DNA of 36,527 bases, from contig JBBTTS010000048.1 of the NCBI GenBank assembly GCA_038064135.1, positions 1 to 36,527 of the forward strand. Direction: 5' to 3'. Below, in pieces: positions 9,536-18,047 of the stretch. Numbering within the stretch: the stretch's first letter is position 1; each line of letters starts with the position of its first letter. The notes beneath the pieces are model-generated. The model saw nothing but the letters and a program-made list of their open reading frames with translations, ran no database searches and was not told where the DNA came from. This DNA comes from Patescibacteria group bacterium (GTDB taxonomy: Bacteria; Patescibacteriota; Saccharimonadia; Saccharimonadales; OMJO01). The position numbers and the translations under genes were made by a program.

Positions 9536-10241
9536 AACTTAAGCCTTCAATTTTGATAGGTAATTGCCTGGTGTCTCGATAAGCTTGCGGCAACATCATA
9601 TCTGGTGACCATATTTTAATTAATGTTTCTAAATCTGTACTGGATTGATATTTACCGCTAAAACCACTATCTCGGCCAGCGCCATAGTTGCCTTCAACTG
9701 GGCCGGTTTGGTGAAATATTGCCTGGGCAATTCGTTCGCCCACCGGTAAAAGAACAGTTTCTCGCTGATTTAAATTAAAAATCTCCAAGGTAAGTCTATT
9801 TATATAACCTGGGTCTATCCAACCTGCGTCAAAACATACCGCAATACCGTTCCTACCCCAGCTAGAACGACTTTTTAATTCGGGTGCACCTGGTGGTAAT
9901 ATTCCAAAAAACTCGTGCGTGTGAGCCAGTATTCGTTCACCTGGCTTAAGAGCAATTACCGGATGCTCTGGCGGAATATTGGTTAACAATCGCATGCCGT
10001 TCAATTTACACCATTGCTCGTGACTTAGTGCCTTGTATGGTCCATCAAAATAGCGCTCTACGTCCTCACGGTCAAACGGGTTATATATGGTTCGATCATT
10101 AGTCCGCTCAGTTCTGTAATAGTAATGGCCTAGTGTGACATCTAAGCTAGCGTGACTTATATGTTTAGGGTTAAAGGGTGTACAAACAATATGCCCAGAT
10201 TTTATTGCTTCACGTATTTGCGAGTTGCTATAAACCCCCAA
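9528..10241 (-). CDS. dcd: dCTP deaminase
   Basis: ASLDVTLG, LAHTHE, SRSSWGRNG, AGWIDPGY, LTLEIFN, ERIAQ, GKYQ. Confidence 0.92.
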   Translation of the reverse strand: MGVYSNSQIREAIKSGHIVCTPFNPKHISHASLDVTLGHYYYRTERTNDRTIYNPFDREDVERYFDGPYKALSHEQWCKLNGMRLLTNIPPEHPVIALKPGERILAHTHEFFGILPPGAPELKSRSSWGRNGIAVCFDAGWIDPGYINRLTLEIFNLNQRETVLLPVGERIAQAIFHQTGPVEGNYGAGRDSGFSGKYQSSTDLETLIKIWSPDMMLPQAYRDTRQLPIKIEGLSYE

Positions 10242-10411
10242 GTTTACTCGTCTCCCTCCAAATCAAACTATATTGTACGATTTGACAAAAGCATGACGCA
10301 AGCCCGTGGTGATCTTTTTTGTTGTATTTTTGCAGAATATGTCGACTATATATAAATCTAATCTAGAAAAGTCTACCAAAGGGCAGATCTAAAAGATATA
10401 CCGAATGCTAT

Positions 10412-11374
10412 TTACAGTTCGCTGTGCAGCAGAGGAATACTTGGGCCCATAGTCGAGCCGAGATAGATACTTTTCACGAAAGTTCCCTTAACACTGGCAG
10501 GTTTAGCCGATCTGATACTTTCAAAAATTGCCTTAACATTAAGGAGTAACTTGTCAGTTCCAAAGCTAACTTTGCCAATGCTTAGGTGGATAATACCGGT
10601 GCTATCAACTCGGTACTCTACCTTACCAGCTTTAGCTTCGGTTACAGCTTTGGTGATATCAGTAGCTACAGTACCGCTTTTTGGGTTGGGCATTAAGCCT
10701 TTCGGACCCAGTAATTTGGCATACTTACCAAGTTTGGGCATAAAAGCTGGCGCGGCAATCAAAATATCAAAATTTAGCTCTGATTTATCGAGTTGTTGCA
10801 TAAATTCGTCACTCGCGGCAATATCAGCTCCAGCCTTTTTTGCTTTGGCTACATCATCGGCATCAGCAAATACGGCAATTTTTACTGTTTTACCACTACC
10901 AGCTGGCAATACCACAGTTTGGCGAATGTTTTGGCCGGCCTGGCGCGGGTCAACGTTTAGACGAAGATGAAGCTCCACACTGGCATCAAATTTGACTGTC
11001 GAAGTATTAATCGCCAATTCAATTGCCTCTGGGAGTGTGTACTCTTTATCTTTTTCGATTAGTTCGGCCGATTTTCTATATGATTTACTGCGGCGTTCCA
11101 GTCGTGTTCTGGCTGGTTTTGTTAGCAATTTTGGTTTAGATTCAGCCTCGACAGCGTCTTCTTTAGCTTTTGCTTTTCGCTCTTCTTTGGCAACCTTCTT
11201 TTCTACTTCCTTAATAGCTTTTTCACTGCGTTTGCCAGCTTTGGCGGTAGCCTTCTTTTTTACAGTTGCATCTGTTGTTTCAGCAATTTCTGTAACTGCT
11301 TCGTTAGCTAAAGAAGCGTCAATTACTATTTCTTCAGTTTTCTTTTTAGTTATAGTCTTTTTGGCTTCTGCCAT
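10412..11374 (-). CDS. rplA: 50S ribosomal protein L1 with ~90-aa charged N-terminal extension
   Basis: KFDASVELHLRL, LGPKGLMPNPKSGTV, STMGPSI; AAGGAG upstream of ATG 11374. Confidence 0.97.
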   Translation of the reverse strand: MAEAKKTITKKKTEEIVIDASLANEAVTEIAETTDATVKKKATAKAGKRSEKAIKEVEKKVAKEERKAKAKEDAVEAESKPKLLTKPARTRLERRSKSYRKSAELIEKDKEYTLPEAIELAINTSTVKFDASVELHLRLNVDPRQAGQNIRQTVVLPAGSGKTVKIAVFADADDVAKAKKAGADIAASDEFMQQLDKSELNFDILIAAPAFMPKLGKYAKLLGPKGLMPNPKSGTVATDITKAVTEAKAGKVEYRVDSTGIIHLSIGKVSFGTDKLLLNVKAIFESIRSAKPASVKGTFVKSIYLGSTMGPSIPLLHSEL

Positions 11375-11388
11375 GGGTTATCTCCTTC

Positions 11389-11421
11389 GTGGTACAAACC
11401 TCGCTGTCCAGCGAGTCCCAC
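11389..11421 (-). promoter_or_regulatory. Putative L1-binding autoregulatory element ahead of rplA
   Basis: Minus strand GTGGGA-CTCGCT-GGAC-AGCGAG-GTTTGT-ACCAC directly 5' of the SD; matches the GUGGGA...ACCAC L1-operator pattern. Confidence 0.7.
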
Positions 11422-11438
11422 AAATATTAAATTAGTAC

Positions 11439-11801
11439 TTATTTACCGTCCGTAACTTGGCTATCGCCTTCAAAAAACAAAGCGTCTGAAAATGCTGTTG
11501 GCAATAACTCCCCGGGAGTCAAATTTTCCCTTGCTGCTTGGGCTCGTGAAATAAGTTCAGCCGTTGGGTAGCCGTTTTCGTCGTATACGGGTTTTACTTC
11601 TACTAATACGCTTGTTGGTATGCCAAGTGCCTGTAAATATGCCTCAGCAGCACCACGTTTAGATAGTTCGTAAAGCCTCTGTGCAGTATTTATATGGCCG
11701 TCAATTGTTTTTGAACTTGCGCCGTTCAGAATCATGCGTTCTGCCCAACCTGGAAATTCGACATCGTGTGGAAGTGAAAACCAATTTTCCCCGGTTGTCA
11801 C
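11439..11801 (-). CDS. Hypothetical protein between rplK and rplA
   Basis: 120-aa ORF fills the gap; GTG start directly abuts the rplK TAA. Confidence 0.6.
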   Translation of the reverse strand: MTTGENWFSLPHDVEFPGWAERMILNGASSKTIDGHINTAQRLYELSKRGAAEAYLQALGIPTSVLVEVKPVYDENGYPTAELISRAQAARENLTPGELLPTAFSDALFFEGDSQVTDGK

Positions 11802-12233
11802 TTAAGCTTCAACCTCCACACCCATGCTACGGGCGGTGCCAGCCACTATCTTTTTAACAGCAGGAATGTCGTCGGTATTCATGTCTCGAGCTTTAGCTTC
11901 GGCAATTTCAGTTAGTGCCGCGTCGCTTAATTTCTTCTCGATCTTTTCACTATTTGGCTTGCCAGACCCTTTTTGGATACCAAGTTTGGCACGAATCAGG
12001 TCATCAGTTGGTTCACCAACAACCCTAAATGCCATAGTGCGGTCGTCATAAATTGTAATATGGGCTGTGACCATTTTTCCTTGGTATTCTTTAGTTGCTT
12101 CATTGAATGGGTTAATGAAGTCCATCATATTCACTCCGTATTGACCAAGTGTACTGCCGACAGGAGGTGCAGCACTTGCTTGTCCGCCACGAATTTTCAA
12201 CTTTAAATTAGCTTTTACGACCTTCTCGGCCAT
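11802..12233 (-). CDS. rplK: 50S ribosomal protein L11
   Basis: GGQASAAPPVGSTLGQYGVNMMDF..FN, KGSGKPN, IVAGTARSMGV. Confidence 0.97.
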   Translation of the reverse strand: MAEKVVKANLKLKIRGGQASAAPPVGSTLGQYGVNMMDFINPFNEATKEYQGKMVTAHITIYDDRTMAFRVVGEPTDDLIRAKLGIQKGSGKPNSEKIEKKLSDAALTEIAEAKARDMNTDDIPAVKKIVAGTARSMGVEVEA

Positions 12234-12298
12234 GGTAAACTCCTATTTCCTTGCATTTTGGGTTACTGAAGCTTGTAACCCTTGTGCGTAACCTGTTA

Positions 12299-12327
12299 AT
12301 TATAGCAATTATTACTCAGATTGTCTA
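12299..12327 (-). promoter_or_regulatory. sigma70 promoter of rplK
   Basis: TAGACA-N17-TATAAT with extended -10 TGn. Confidence 0.7.
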
Positions 12328-12498
12328 TCTAGATTTGCTAATGGGTGGTAAGTTTTTGCTTGATTTTGAGAGAAGGATTGATTTAGTGCTGAATCTCCGC
12401 CAATCAAAATTCCCAAAATAGTTCCAGAATAAATCATGCCACCACCAATTAAGAACTCAATAACTTCTGAGGAGTCTCCGCTTTCCGGTGGTTCGCTT
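12312..12498 (-). pseudogene. Possible membrane-protein gene remnant between nusG and rplK
   Basis: Open frame EPPESGDSSEVIEFLIGGGMIYSGTILGILIGGDS...DRQSE* with no start upstream of the hydrophobic segment (only an internal ATG at 12437). Confidence 0.25.
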
Positions 12499-13041
12499 CT
12501 ATACTCGTTTTACCTGTAAGCTGTCGAGTTCAACCGGAGTTTCGCGACCGAACATATTCACAAGTACTTTAAGCTTGCCCTTTTGGGGGTCAATTTCGTT
12601 AACACTACCGTCAAAACCTTTAAACGGTCCATCTGTAATATTTACTACCTCACCAATATTAAAGTCAATCTTGTGCTTCGGTTCAGCGCGACCCATTCGT
12701 TTCATGATTTTTTCGATTTCCTCTGGACTAATCGGAGTTGGTTCGCTACCACTACCTACAAAGCCAGTAACACTGGGAGTGTTTCGTACGATATACCAGG
12801 CATCTTCAGTCATTTTGATTTGCACCAACACATAGCCCTGGAAAATTCGCTTTTCAACAACTTTTCGCTTGCCGTTTTTTACTTCAATCATCTTTTCTTT
12901 TGGTACTAAAACCTGAAAGATTTTGTCCTTCATGTCTAAACTTTCGGCACGTTGGCGAATACTTTCAGCAACTTTTTCTTCATAACCGCTGTAGGTGTGA
13001 ATGGCGTACCACTGTTTTTGAGAATCGTATCTTTTACTCAT
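12499..13041 (-). CDS. nusG: Transcription termination/antitermination factor NusG
   Basis: WYAIHTYSGYEEKV, VRNTPSVTGFVG, KOW motif ITDGPFKGFDG, MFGRETPVEL. Confidence 0.98.
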   Translation of the reverse strand: MSKRYDSQKQWYAIHTYSGYEEKVAESIRQRAESLDMKDKIFQVLVPKEKMIEVKNGKRKVVEKRIFQGYVLVQIKMTEDAWYIVRNTPSVTGFVGSGSEPTPISPEEIEKIMKRMGRAEPKHKIDFNIGEVVNITDGPFKGFDGSVNEIDPQKGKLKVLVNMFGRETPVELDSLQVKRV

Positions 13042-13060
13042 GAATCAAATCAACCTTTCC

Positions 13061-13450
13061 TTATTTGAGTAGTAATTGTTTAAAGGTACGCTCTAACCCA
13101 AAATCGACGACCGCAACAATAAGGCCAAAACTAACAGCAAATATAAAAACTGCCAGCGTTAAACGCAGGGTCTCGCGGCGATTAGGCCACTTTACCTGGC
13201 GAACCTCGGCCCACGCGTCTCGGAAGTATTTAGGGATAAATCTACGGCGCTTGTTTAGAAATTGGCCCAAACGATTGTCTGGTAAGGGCAGATAATATTC
13301 TTTTTGGCCAAAAGTTCTGGCCTTGCCTATGGGTTTAGTTACTTTGCTAGCCGTTTGCTTCAAACGCCTTGGTTTTGGCTTTGCAGACGAAGCAGCCTGA
13401 GCTTGTTGGCGCAGGGTTTCTGGCTTTTTCTTTATCGGATTCTTGGCCAC
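13061..13450 (-). CDS. secE: Preprotein translocase subunit SecE
   Basis: YFRDAWAEVRQVKWPNRRET followed by one TM helix; upstream of nusG; basic N-terminal extension. Confidence 0.95.
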   Translation of the reverse strand: MAKNPIKKKPETLRQQAQAASSAKPKPRRLKQTASKVTKPIGKARTFGQKEYYLPLPDNRLGQFLNKRRRFIPKYFRDAWAEVRQVKWPNRRETLRLTLAVFIFAVSFGLIVAVVDFGLERTFKQLLLK

Positions 13451-13576
13451 GTTAATTAAATCTCCAATTAAAAAGACCTACTATTTGTAGATCTGCACTT
13501 GTCAAGCATAGATGATATAAAAATTTTAGTCAATAGCTGAAAATTTAGTTCAAAAAAGGTTATCATTAATCTAGTC

Positions 13577-15076
13577 ATGATTTATACTTTGATTTTAAGT
13601 TTTATTCTGGAATTAGTATTTTACCTAATACCCCCAGCTTTTCTCAAAAAACTTTTAGCAATTTTGGCAGGAATGTCGCTAATCGCGGCAGAATTGTTGG
13701 CTATAAATAGTAGGTCGGTTACACTCATTGGATTGTTGCTATTAGTCGGTTTATTCAGGGGCGTGAACATAGCCAGATTTTTAAAAGGTCGAATGCACAA
13801 TGCTTACCGTCAGCGTGTTTGTAAACGTACTAGCTTACACCTGCTTTTAGCAACTGTGTTAATTGTTAGCCTATTTTATCTACTAAGAATTAACGAACTT
13901 AACAGCTTTTTACTTACATTTGTTGCATTACAGCTTGTAGCGGCCGTTTCTATTTTAGTCATTCTTATCATTAATTTGTTGAGCTACCGCCGGAAACAAT
14001 TAACTGGATACCTAGCGGACAAAGAGCTTCCATCAGTAACGGTTGCAATACCTGCCAGAAATGAAACGGCCGACTTAACAAACTGCTTGCGTGGACTAAT
14101 AGCCAACGATTACCCAAAACTAGAGATTTTAGTATTAGATGATTGCTCTCAAGACAAAACCGCCGAGGTTATCAAGTCTTTTGCTCAAGACGGGGTGCGA
14201 TTTTTGCTGGGTCATCCAGCAGACAATAATTGGCTAGATAAAAATTTTGCATATCAGCAACTTCTAAACGAAGCCTCTGGCGAATTAATTTTATTCTGTG
14301 GAGTCGACACTCGCTTTGGGCCAGGAACCATCAGAGAGATGGTTAACACACTTTACGTTCAAAAAATCGATATGTTAAGTGTTTTACCGGTGCGGCATGT
14401 TAGTACGCCGTCTACTTCGTTAATTCAGCCGCTTAGGTATTGGTGGGAATTAGTGTTGCCACGCAATATTATGGGTCGTCCGGCTGTACTTAGCACCGTT
14501 TGGCTAATAAAAAACAGGGCTCTAAAAAATATGGGTGGATTTGATGCCGTAAAGCGATCTATATTGCCGGAAGCTTACTTTGCCAGGCGATTATTTGCTA
14601 AAAAATTATATAAATTTTTCCGTCATGATCAAAAATTGGATGTACAGACTTATAAAACATATCGGGACCAGCGCGAAACAGCCGTCAGAATGCGCTATCC
14701 TCAAGCCCACAAAAGACCCGAAATCGTGTTATTGCTAACGACTGTAGAACTATCATTGTTACTGTTGCCAATTGTTCAAGTCTTTGTATTTCTTGTAACC
14801 GGTAATGGGGTTATGGCAAAACTATCTATATTAACAACGTTGCTGCTAATAATTACCCATATTATGGTAGTTTACGTCAGCAATCCTGCAAACGTTGTCT
14901 TGGCTATGATGAATTTTCCGGTTGTTATAGTGACAGAACTAATTTTAGGAATATATTCGATGTATAAATACGAATTTTCAGAGATACTTTGGAAAGATCG
15001 AAACATTTGTATCCCAGTAATGCATGTATATTCACATATGCCAAAATTGACTGACATTAATACAGCTAAACATTAG
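13577..15076 (+). CDS. GT2 family glycosyltransferase with N- and C-terminal membrane segments
   Basis: PSVTVAIPARNE, LEILVLDDCSQDKT, WLDKNFA..QL...ASGELILF; the DxD position reads CGVD. Confidence 0.85.
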   Translation: MIYTLILSFILELVFYLIPPAFLKKLLAILAGMSLIAAELLAINSRSVTLIGLLLLVGLFRGVNIARFLKGRMHNAYRQRVCKRTSLHLLLATVLIVSLFYLLRINELNSFLLTFVALQLVAAVSILVILIINLLSYRRKQLTGYLADKELPSVTVAIPARNETADLTNCLRGLIANDYPKLEILVLDDCSQDKTAEVIKSFAQDGVRFLLGHPADNNWLDKNFAYQQLLNEASGELILFCGVDTRFGPGTIREMVNTLYVQKIDMLSVLPVRHVSTPSTSLIQPLRYWWELVLPRNIMGRPAVLSTVWLIKNRALKNMGGFDAVKRSILPEAYFARRLFAKKLYKFFRHDQKLDVQTYKTYRDQRETAVRMRYPQAHKRPEIVLLLTTVELSLLLLPIVQVFVFLVTGNGVMAKLSILTTLLLIITHIMVVYVSNPANVVLAMMNFPVVIVTELILGIYSMYKYEFSEILWKDRNICIPVMHVYSHMPKLTDINTAKH

Positions 15077-16211
15077 TCAAATTTGGAATAAAGATTGTAA
15101 ACGTTGTACCTTTATCTAGTTCGCTTAATAGCGTTAGTTCTGCGTGTAAAAGCTTTGCTAACTTCATAGTTACATAAAGCCCCAGACCGGTACCGCTACT
15201 TTGGCGAGTTCGAAAATCTTCGCTCCTAAAAAACTTGTCAAAAACTTTTTCCTGATCGGCCTTGCTAATACCTATACCGGTGTCGCTAACTGTAAACTCA
15301 ACGCCATTTGGCTTTGCTTGTGCCGATAGTAATACATGTCCAGAATTGGTGTATTTAATAGCATTTGTAACAAAATTCTGAATTATTTCTCTTACGTACA
15401 GCTTGCTAGAATTTAAGATTTCTAATTTTGGATCAATTTTTACGCTAAAATCCAGGTTTTTGGCCTGAGCTTGCGGCTTGTATGTTGCATGTAATTCATT
15501 TGTTAATTGAGAGATATTAATTGACTCAATCTCGACTGTTAATTTGCCTCTTTCGGCTCGGGAAAGCGTTGCAAGATCATTAATCATAGCCGACAAAAAA
15601 TTAATTTGTTCATGAGCTACCTTTAACGCTTCTTTTACCTTGTCGTTTTGAACACCACTTTTGTTAAACAAGTAAGCCGCATTGCCGATGTTGCCCTCGC
15701 TTATCGCAATCGGTGTCCTAAGTTCGTGACTGACTACACTAATAAATTCATCACGCTCTTCCTCGAGTGATTTTTCACGGGTAATATCGCGAACCAAAAC
15801 TACGTAGCCTTTCATTCCATCTTGCCCATAGCTAAGCCGTACCGGAGCTATGCTGATATATAAATTAGCTTGGCTGCCGTCTGGATAATGAATTAACCAG
15901 TCCCTAGAACTTGAGGCTGTTTTGGCTTCGAAAATAAGTCTTTTAACATCAACTGGTTGAGAGTTTTTATCGAATAGTTTTAAAAAATTTGTTAATGGCA
16001 GGCCAACCATGGAATTGTTAACATCTAATATGTTCAACATTGCGCCGTTGTAGAGCACGATTGTACATTTTTCATCGACTGCCATCACACCGTCGGCCAT
16101 GCTGTTTATTAAACTGGTCAGCCGTTCGTGGTCCAAGTTTTGAGCTAAGGGCAGGCTTGGGTTATTTACGTCCATATAGGTATTGTATGTTAGGCTTATG
16201 CTTTGGGTCAA
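15066..16211 (-). CDS. Soluble PAS-domain sensor histidine kinase (start may be ATG 16175)
   Basis: INSMADGVMAVD PAS, SHELRTP H-box, NFVTNAIKYT, DTGIGI, FDKFFR, GTGLGL. Confidence 0.93.
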   Translation of the reverse strand: MTQSISLTYNTYMDVNNPSLPLAQNLDHERLTSLINSMADGVMAVDEKCTIVLYNGAMLNILDVNNSMVGLPLTNFLKLFDKNSQPVDVKRLIFEAKTASSSRDWLIHYPDGSQANLYISIAPVRLSYGQDGMKGYVVLVRDITREKSLEEERDEFISVVSHELRTPIAISEGNIGNAAYLFNKSGVQNDKVKEALKVAHEQINFLSAMINDLATLSRAERGKLTVEIESINISQLTNELHATYKPQAQAKNLDFSVKIDPKLEILNSSKLYVREIIQNFVTNAIKYTNSGHVLLSAQAKPNGVEFTVSDTGIGISKADQEKVFDKFFRSEDFRTRQSSGTGLGLYVTMKLAKLLHAELTLLSELDKGTTFTIFIPNLTNV

Positions 16212-16894
16212 AAACTAGGCCGATATTGTTTTAGCTCACGGCGTAAATCTTTAAAACTTGGCAACAAACTTTCAACATAAATCCAAAAATCTTTTGAGTG
16301 CGACATATGAACAGTATGCGATAGTTCGTGAATAATAACATAGTCAATAAGATGCCAAGGCAGCTGCAGCAAAAAACAGTTTAATATTATGTTTTTGTGG
16401 CTGTCACATACTCCCCAACGAGTCTTATGGTGTTTAATTTGAAGCGAGTCATAGACCAAATTATGCTTTTTCGCCAAATGTTCCAGTCTTTGCGGTAAAA
16501 GTTGCTTTGCTTCTAAAATCAAAGCCTTTTTGGCGACGTTTTTTACTACTTTTTGTACGTCCGGGTGGTTAAAATCCAGCTGTCCGCTAAAAATACTTAT
16601 TTCGTTTTGTATTATTCTGCTAGACACTCGGGTGCCCTTGCTTACGTAGAAAGCCAAGCGATGAGCTTTACCAATCTGCTGGTTTTGAATTAATATGTCG
16701 GGGTTAATTCGATTTTTTATTATCCAGTGCAATTTGCTATTAAGAAAATCTTCGGCTATTTTTCGGCTAATTCCCTTCGGTACGTTTAAGACAACCCGGC
16801 CATCTGGCTTTAAACTTAACCTTAAGCTGCGACTACCCTTTCTGGATGTCAACCAAATGTCGCCAATACCATCTATGTTTATTTTATCTGTCAT
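16208..16894 (-). CDS. YgjP/DUF45-like zincin metal-dependent hydrolase
   Basis: KTRWGVC, IDYVIIHELSH, HSKDFW. Confidence 0.88.
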   Translation of the reverse strand: MTDKINIDGIGDIWLTSRKGSRSLRLSLKPDGRVVLNVPKGISRKIAEDFLNSKLHWIIKNRINPDILIQNQQIGKAHRLAFYVSKGTRVSSRIIQNEISIFSGQLDFNHPDVQKVVKNVAKKALILEAKQLLPQRLEHLAKKHNLVYDSLQIKHHKTRWGVCDSHKNIILNCFLLQLPWHLIDYVIIHELSHTVHMSHSKDFWIYVESLLPSFKDLRRELKQYRPSF

Positions 16895-17545
16895 CTAACG
16901 AATGATGACATTTCGCCGATTTTGATCTACCCGCCCAGGCACTAAGTTGACTAGCCCGGGTTTGACAACGCCGCTTGCGACCGTGGTAGTCGACACCAGA
17001 CCCATTGTGTAGAGTTTTTTCATAAGTGCACCGCGCTGAGTGTGGTAGGTGTGCTTGCCGCTAACTACAACATACTCCTCGGTAGGGTTGGGATTTTGCA
17101 TATAGCCAGTGAATCTTTGGAACATCTCTTCGCTCATTTCCTGAGCATACTTGTCGTCTGTTTTTCGATGGTCGCGCTTTGATGCTCTTACGTAGGCACT
17201 CTCTAAATCTACCTGCAGCCAAACAATTAATGATTGACATTTGGCACGTCGGCCTAAATCACGCAAAGTGCGGCGCTGTGAGAGCCTCATAGCATTAGTG
17301 TCGTAAACAACTGGAATGCCAGCTTTTAGAAATTCCTCGCCCATGTAATTCATCAGGTGCATTACCAATTCGTTTTCTTGGCGGTCATAACGAGGTTCTT
17401 CAAATAGTTCAAAGCGAATTCTGTCTCCTTGAATATGAGCACCACCAATTTCTTCTGCTAGTTGGCGAGCAAAATAGGTTTTACCAACTCCAGGATACCC
17501 GTAAAGTAAAAATAATACCGGTTCGTTTAGCTGAAGTTTACTCAT
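16895..17545 (-). CDS. P-loop kinase (AAA_33-like)
   Basis: LYGYPGVGKT, DRIRFEL, VVYDTN...R motifs. Confidence 0.8.
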   Translation of the reverse strand: MSKLQLNEPVLFLLYGYPGVGKTYFARQLAEEIGGAHIQGDRIRFELFEEPRYDRQENELVMHLMNYMGEEFLKAGIPVVYDTNAMRLSQRRTLRDLGRRAKCQSLIVWLQVDLESAYVRASKRDHRKTDDKYAQEMSEEMFQRFTGYMQNPNPTEEYVVVSGKHTYHTQRGALMKKLYTMGLVSTTTVASGVVKPGLVNLVPGRVDQNRRNVIIR

Positions 17546-17592
17546 CCATATATGTATAGCAGATTTTAAGTGTTATTAAAAGTGTTTAACAG

Positions 17593-17621
17593 ATGACATA
17601 AACGGTTTCATACTGTAAAAT
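17593..17621 (+). promoter_or_regulatory. sigma70 promoter ahead of the tRNA-Trp half, HNH and tRNA-Trp
   Basis: ATGACA-N17-TAAAAT, 21 nt upstream of the half tRNA. Confidence 0.6.
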
Positions 17622-17642
17622 AGCAGCCAGTGTACCTGCTTA

Positions 17643-17682
17643 AGGGGCATAGTGCAACGGTTAGTATGAAGGCCTCCAAAAC
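17643..17682 (+). pseudogene. Orphan 5' half of a tRNA-Trp(CCA) gene
   Basis: AGGGGCA-TA-GTGC-AACGGTTA-GTAT-G-AAGGC-CTCCAAA-AC: acceptor 5' strand, D-arm and Trp anticodon loop, after which tRNA structure stops. Confidence 0.82.
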
Positions 17683-17702
17683 AATAAGTTATACTAGATT
17701 CC

Positions 17703-18047
17703 ATGGCCTATAAAGATCCTAATGATCCTCGAAGACTTATAAGTGGACGCAAACATTATTTGAAGAATAAAGATAAATATATTGCAAACGCAATTGCCGC
17801 TAAGGAGAAACTGCGCGCATACATTCGTAAGGAAAAAAATAGACCTTGCCTAGATTGTAATGCACAATATCCATATTATGTGATGCAGTTTGACCACATT
17901 AGAGATAAAAAGTATCATATTAGTACCCTCGTGAGTTCGAATAACTTAAAAAAATTACAAGAAGAGCTAAAAAAATGCGAGGTCGTGTGTGCAAATTGCC
18001 ACGCTGAAAGAACTTATCAAAGGGGAGTAGCTCAGCTGGTAGAGTAG
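17703..18047 (+). CDS. HNH endonuclease (phage-type, Zn-binding)
   Basis: CLDC...QFDHI...CEVVCANCHAERT; the last codons (RGVAQLVE*) are the first 27 nt of tRNA-Trp. Confidence 0.88.
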   Translation: MAYKDPNDPRRLISGRKHYLKNKDKYIANAIAAKEKLRAYIRKEKNRPCLDCNAQYPYYVMQFDHIRDKKYHISTLVSSNNLKKLQEELKKCEVVCANCHAERTYQRGVAQLVE

